A stretch of 64,000 nucleotides of DNA, from the sequence record SRR31156797_5909. One strand, written 5' to 3'. Position 1 is the stretch's first letter, and the number at the start of each line of letters is the position of its first letter. Positions 59,458 to 64,000 of this stretch are shown piece after piece. The notes below the pieces were generated by a model. It saw nothing but the letters and a program-made list of their open reading frames with translations. It was not told the DNA's origin and did not search any database. Made by a program: the position numbers and the translations under genes.

Positions 59458-60948
59458 ATGAGTATAGAAAAATACGACCTTGTTGTTATTGGAAGTGGTC
59501 CTGCCGGTTTCGCAGCAGCAATGCGTGCTATTGATTTTAAAAAATCGGTATGCATGATTGAAGCAAGCCATCTAGGTGGAGCTGGAATTATGAATGGCGC
59601 ACTTACTTCCAAAGCAATGTGGGAGCTATCAAGAGATTTTTCCATTGCTTCATCGGTAATGAGAGGATACAGAGCTTCAGGATTAAATGTAGATTACAAA
59701 CAAGTTCAGAAAACCATTATTCAGGCAGCAAAGCAAAAGCAATTGCAAATGCTGTCGCAAATTGAAACTTATGCCGAACCAAGTGAAGAGTTTGGTAACA
59801 TCACCCTTAAACATGGATGGGGAAAATTCATAGATTCACATACCGTTGAAATTACCTCGGAGAATAAAACTGAAAGAGTTCATGGCGATAATTTTATAAT
59901 TGCAACGGGTTCCAGACCAAGACCAATGCCTGATGTAGAAATTGATCAGGAAAGAATTATTGATTCGGAAGGTGTAATGAACCTGAAGGAATTTCCGGAA
60001 CGAATGATCATACTTGGATCGGGTATTATTGGTTGTGAATTCGCCACAATTTTCTCAAATTACAGCCAAACTGAAGTTCATTTATTAGACCGACAGCACA
60101 AGGTAATCCCTTACGAAGATGATGATTTAAGTGGTTTTGTGTCCAAAAATCTCGAGAACAATGGCGTTAACATTCACCATACTGCAAACCTACGATGCAT
60201 TCGTAAAAAACCAGATTTTCTGGAAGTTGTTTTGGATTATCAGGATGGTCATTCGAAGGTATTGGAAGTTGACGTAGCCTTGGTTGCCATTGGTAGAATC
60301 CCAAACTTGGATAACCTTGGTTTGGAGAATGTTGGAATTGAAACCACCAAAAGAGGTTATCTAAATATAAATGAAGTTTGCGCAACCGACGATTTTAAAT
60401 CCTGTAATATTTTTGCTGCCGGAGATGTATCGGGTCATGCTCAACTTTATTCTGTTGGAGAATTACAAGGTAGATATATTGTTGAGGCACTCTACGGCAA
60501 TTTAGAGTATCCATTGGACTATTCTAACATGTCGACTTTAATGTTCTTTAAACCTGAAGTAGCAGCCGTTGGATTGAACGAAAAAGCCTGTAAAAAAAGA
60601 GGAATTCCTTACAAAGTTGCTACCTACTCCAACTCACTTGTTAACCGTGCAGTAGCTATGAGAGCCGTAGATGGTTTCATTAAAATTATTGTAAGTGACG
60701 ATGGCAATGATAGAATCTTGGGAATGCGTGCCGCAGGTCCACAGGCTTCAACGCTGATCACCTCAATTGCCTACCAAATTACGCAAAAGGGAACCTTAAA
60801 AGACATTCGACAAAACATACACCCTCACCCAAGTATTAGCGAAGGAGTTCAGGAATGCTTGCGTGTTTTCGAAGAAAAATCGATATACAAACCCAAAGCA
60901 TTTCCCGATCTGATAAAACTAAAAAGCTGGAGACCGGAAAGTAACTAA
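59458..60948 (+). CDS. Class I pyridine nucleotide-disulfide oxidoreductase family flavoprotein lacking the redox disulfide
   Basis: IGSGPAG, ATGS, LGSGIIGCEF, AAGDV and HPSISE present; LGGAGIMNGALTSK replaces GGxCxxxGCxPSK. Confidence 0.85.
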   Translation: MSIEKYDLVVIGSGPAGFAAAMRAIDFKKSVCMIEASHLGGAGIMNGALTSKAMWELSRDFSIASSVMRGYRASGLNVDYKQVQKTIIQAAKQKQLQMLSQIETYAEPSEEFGNITLKHGWGKFIDSHTVEITSENKTERVHGDNFIIATGSRPRPMPDVEIDQERIIDSEGVMNLKEFPERMIILGSGIIGCEFATIFSNYSQTEVHLLDRQHKVIPYEDDDLSGFVSKNLENNGVNIHHTANLRCIRKKPDFLEVVLDYQDGHSKVLEVDVALVAIGRIPNLDNLGLENVGIETTKRGYLNINEVCATDDFKSCNIFAAGDVSGHAQLYSVGELQGRYIVEALYGNLEYPLDYSNMSTLMFFKPEVAAVGLNEKACKKRGIPYKVATYSNSLVNRAVAMRAVDGFIKIIVSDDGNDRILGMRAAGPQASTLITSIAYQITQKGTLKDIRQNIHPHPSISEGVQECLRVFEEKSIYKPKAFPDLIKLKSWRPESN

Positions 60949-60951
60949 TAC

Positions 60952-60987
60952 AAAAAAAGACGTGACTTCTAAAGTTCACGTCTTTTT
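60952..60987. terminator. Bidirectional terminator
   Basis: AAAAAGACGTGA/TCACGTCTTTTT. Confidence 0.85.
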
Positions 60988-61008
60988 AAAATTAACAGGT
61001 ATTACAAT

Positions 61009-63078
61009 TTAATTATCAATTTTACTGTTATTTCTATATCCACTATTGTCTTTATACCAATCCGTATAGGAAGAACCTCCACTTTCAGCCCATGAAGTAA
61101 AATGATTGTATCCTTCCAGAATTTCAACCTTCTCTTTTGTGTATTTAAACTCATGAACAATGGCAATTGCCCAAGGCAAACCTTTACTCGTTCTGTAATC
61201 CCCATCGGGATCAACATTAGTAGGCGTTGCTTCAAAATCGTTTTGTCCCAATGAAGTCATCGCTTGATTTGGCAAATGAATTTCATGCTCACGATTTCCA
61301 TTTACAATAAGGAATGGATTAAACGGACTACTTCCAATTTTATCCAATTCTAAAGGATTTGTAAATCGAATCATCACCGTAATCTCGTTGTAATTCGGAT
61401 CGGCCTCTGCCGTCTCGTTTCTATAATTCTGAGATTGATCAAAAACAATTACAACCGGCTTATCCTGGTTTGCTTCCAAACCTGTTGCCTGATCTATTGT
61501 TACATAAGAGGAACGAATATCTGTTCCTGTTACGCTTTCGATCTGAGATGGTAGTAAATCGTCAAACTGAATTCCAAAACCATTGTTAAAAGAGGCACCG
61601 GTAACATGTTTCACCCAAAATTTAGCTTCCACCTGTACCGCCTTATTATCAATATTCAACATCATAGTGTATCGATAATTTACTACCAAGTCATTAAAAT
61701 CGTAATCTCCTTTATAGGGCCACATGTCTTCAAAAGCAAGACTTCCCCATCCATATTTTGTTGGAGTTACAGTATTCAAACAAATTTCGGGATCATTTGG
61801 ATATTCATCAATATCGTCAGGACAACCATCATTATCCGAATCACCAACATTCTCATATACAATAGGTGTTTTGGTCAAATCGTTTATGCCCAATTCATTA
61901 TCAGGATCGCGTGTTTCGTATCCTCCAGTTTGGGTATCCATTACATACAAACTGGACGGAGTGAAATTATCTGCCACCCAAATGTCAGGTGTTGTTTTCG
62001 AATCAATACATAAAGAAGTTGGAGTATAAGGTAAATTATCAGCACTCTTTCTTACCGCATTTACCTCATTCGATCCTTCATTAAAGGTAAGTTCATACAA
62101 ACCACCAAATGTTGACATGTACCAGCTTCCATCGCTCCCTTTTGCAATGTCACCGCCACTAGTGTTGTTCAATCCATCATCAATCGTAAAACTTTCCAAC
62201 ACACTTCCATCAGCTGGATTTAATTTATAGATGTAGTTTTTATTCGAAAAATATAGAAAGCCTTCATCATTCGCGTACTCCAAACGAGGTCCGCCAAAGC
62301 CCAGGTTATCATTAATAATTGTAGGTTCCGACACGGCATAATCGTTTTCCACATCTACATCGTAACGATACAATTTATATGGTTTGCCACGACCGATTGT
62401 ATAAAATTGGTGGTTCTGATAATCCATAGCCACTGTCCATGTTCCTTCAGCCAAATCTGGCTTACGAACCGTAGTTAAATCTTCAGGGTTAACCGTAAAG
62501 AGCTGTCCACTCCCATTTACACACCACAAAACATCACTAGCCAATCCCGAATTCTTAACGAAAGATGTATTGCCTGCTTTTGTTTTTAAAGTATTGCCAT
62601 TAAATGACAAACTAGTAGGACGATTTTCAGATAAATCATCGGTATAAGCACATGCAAATGCATTATTAAAACGCTTTTGCAAGAATAAACACTTTACATT
62701 TGTAGGGACCGAAAGATTCAACTTTGCCTTACCCGAATTGATGCGAACCTTTGCAAGAGCGTGTGCGTTAAGATTATCCGCGAAATAAGCATTATCAGTA
62801 ATGCTATTGCCTTCATCATCGATATAGGTAATCTCTTTCGAAGTATTCTCGTCCTCGTATGCATAAATGTAGTAATAGGCTCCTTCATCAGAATCATTAA
62901 TTTCCAAAACTACATTACCTGTTGTTTCGAAAGTAAAACCAGTTGGGACATCCAAATTTAAAAATTGTGATTCGTCTGCTCCTGGATCGGGATCATCTTC
63001 AATTTTAGATGAATTTGAACAGGAGATGCCAATCAGAAATAAAGACAAAAATAACAATGGATTGAAAATCTTACTCAT
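61009..63078 (-). CDS. LruC-domain (DUF4842-like) lipoprotein
   Basis: GISC lipobox; DSDNDGCPDDIDEYPNDP calcium-binding-like motif; AFEDMWP..GDYDFNDLV, PFNPF, EIHL and LPWAI motifs. Confidence 0.85.
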   Translation of the reverse strand: MSKIFNPLLFLSLFLIGISCSNSSKIEDDPDPGADESQFLNLDVPTGFTFETTGNVVLEINDSDEGAYYYIYAYEDENTSKEITYIDDEGNSITDNAYFADNLNAHALAKVRINSGKAKLNLSVPTNVKCLFLQKRFNNAFACAYTDDLSENRPTSLSFNGNTLKTKAGNTSFVKNSGLASDVLWCVNGSGQLFTVNPEDLTTVRKPDLAEGTWTVAMDYQNHQFYTIGRGKPYKLYRYDVDVENDYAVSEPTIINDNLGFGGPRLEYANDEGFLYFSNKNYIYKLNPADGSVLESFTIDDGLNNTSGGDIAKGSDGSWYMSTFGGLYELTFNEGSNEVNAVRKSADNLPYTPTSLCIDSKTTPDIWVADNFTPSSLYVMDTQTGGYETRDPDNELGINDLTKTPIVYENVGDSDNDGCPDDIDEYPNDPEICLNTVTPTKYGWGSLAFEDMWPYKGDYDFNDLVVNYRYTMMLNIDNKAVQVEAKFWVKHVTGASFNNGFGIQFDDLLPSQIESVTGTDIRSSYVTIDQATGLEANQDKPVVIVFDQSQNYRNETAEADPNYNEITVMIRFTNPLELDKIGSSPFNPFLIVNGNREHEIHLPNQAMTSLGQNDFEATPTNVDPDGDYRTSKGLPWAIAIVHEFKYTKEKVEILEGYNHFTSWAESGGSSYTDWYKDNSGYRNNSKIDN

Positions 63079-63259
63079 AGTAGGTTTCGTTTTAATTTAT
63101 AGTCGATTTGTGGTATAAAGTATCTCTTACGTAAATAAGTAACAATTGTTTAAACAAAATGTTCAATTATGAAAGAAATTAACTAGCAGTAGTTGAGAAT
63201 TGATCTTCTATTCACTTTTTCGTAACTTATGTGAACGCAATTCCATAAACCAAGATTCT

Positions 63260-63583
63260 ATGAACTCAACAGAAATGATAAACATTATTACCAAAGGCAA
63301 CTGGCGTAATATTGAAACACAAGAAATCTGCTCCTTCTCCTGGTCAGATTCCAATCAATCCATTAACATTCATTTTAAATCGGGCAATAAAGCTGGACGT
63401 GGCGATTCTCATAAATTTGTGAAACTGTATAACAGCAAAAAAGATATGGAAGATTGTACCGTTCTTCGATTTCAGAGTAACCTTTTTACCAGTGAATTTA
63501 GATTGTGTTCCGAGAATGGTCCTATGGCGGTTGCTTCTGCCGTATTTGGCAAAATGGATTTGGAAAGAGTCGAAGAACTCTAG
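63260..63583 (+). CDS. Hypothetical small protein (alternative TTG start 63200)
   Basis: ORF between flanking genes with a plausible ATG; no recognised motif. Confidence 0.55.
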   Translation: MNSTEMINIITKGNWRNIETQEICSFSWSDSNQSINIHFKSGNKAGRGDSHKFVKLYNSKKDMEDCTVLRFQSNLFTSEFRLCSENGPMAVASAVFGKMDLERVEEL

Positions 63584-63623
63584 GTAAAGGCTATAATTTT
63601 AAAACCTGCAGTAGTAAATTGCG

Positions 63624-63653
63624 AAAAAAAGCCACAAGCACGGAACTTGTGGC
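63624..63653 (-). terminator. Terminator
   Basis: GCCACAAG/CTTGTGGC stem with A7 on its left (U-run on the minus strand). Confidence 0.7.
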
Positions 63654-63670
63654 GATTGAACTTCTTCTAA

Positions 63671-64000
63671 TTATTTTTGAGTAAACTCGAGTACCGTTGC
63701 ATTCTCATCTTTTAGGATGTCTTGCTCTTTTCGATTCAATTCCAACTCGTTTATTACTTTTTCTTTTGTAGGGAAATAGGTAGCAAACAGCATCATTATC
63801 ATACCAGCAAATCCTATTAATAGGTAGCTTCCTGTTATTAAAAAGGTAACAATAGCAAAAAATGCAGGTCCTTCCATAATTGCAAACTTCACAATTTGGG
63901 TAGCTCTATACGAATCCAGTTTCGAACTTAAGTCTTTTTCTTTTCTATCTTTCTCTAGCCTTTTGGGAATCAAAATATAATTAGCTACAAAACTTCCAAG
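63671..64000 (-). CDS. Hypothetical membrane protein, partial: N-terminus lies beyond the window
   Basis: Frame stays open to the window end (LGSFVANYILIPKRL...); AIMEGPAFF followed by two TM helices. Confidence 0.75.
   Translation of the reverse strand, partial: LGSFVANYILIPKRLEKDRKEKDLSSKLDSYRATQIVKFAIMEGPAFFAIVTFLITGSYLLIGFAGMIMMLFATYFPTKEKVINELELNRKEQDILKDENATVLEFTQK

Noticed and set aside
59458-60948. lpdA or sthA gene call
   Set aside because: Both redox Cys are absent (not Lpd), and the motif and C-terminus differ from SthA.
1-64000. CRISPR array, tRNA/rRNA, transposase, prophage or defence genes
   Set aside because: None recognised by eye; intergenic regions are short and show no regularly spaced repeat-spacer units.

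Overview
AT-rich Bacteroidota chromosome segment; gene content suggests an anaerobic or facultative marine Bacteroidia lineage such as Marinifilaceae, which is an inference. (1) 1-29.7 kb: an alpha-mannan/N-glycan polysaccharide utilization locus (PUL) with susC/susD, a tandem-LamG surface lipoprotein, three GH92, GH125, hydrolase-type GH65, inverting GH97, partial GH130, SSS and MFS transporters, a divergent membrane-anchored SARP/OmpR-like regulator, and a LacI-MFS-ROK operon. (2) 30-40 kb: proC, a T9SS lysyl-endopeptidase-like protease, a lone receiver protein, and a duplicated sensory [FeFe]-hydrogenase-PAS plus PP2C phosphatase cluster whose second sensor has a remodelled H-cluster pocket. 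(3) 40-47 kb: a beta-propeller plus LolA-like operon behind a candidate sigma-54 promoter, an orphan ABC permease and a nuclease. (4) 47-64 kb: mostly core genes (ridA, glutamine amidotransferase, lptD, amidase, MCE protein, dnaA, yigZ, pyrBI), a disulfide-reductase-family flavoprotein lacking its redox cysteines, and a LruC-domain lipoprotein. Most notable sequence-level observations: a 43-bp element with 11-bp-phased ATTAAT repeats found twice in the PUL, a pyrL-like leader ORF and attenuator before pyrBI, the two-channel hydrogenase-like sensor, candidate anti-start-codon sRNAs, and an MCE protein sharing a SPOR-like tail with its neighbouring amidase. No tRNA, rRNA, CRISPR array or transposase was seen. 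All calls are by eye; no searches were run.
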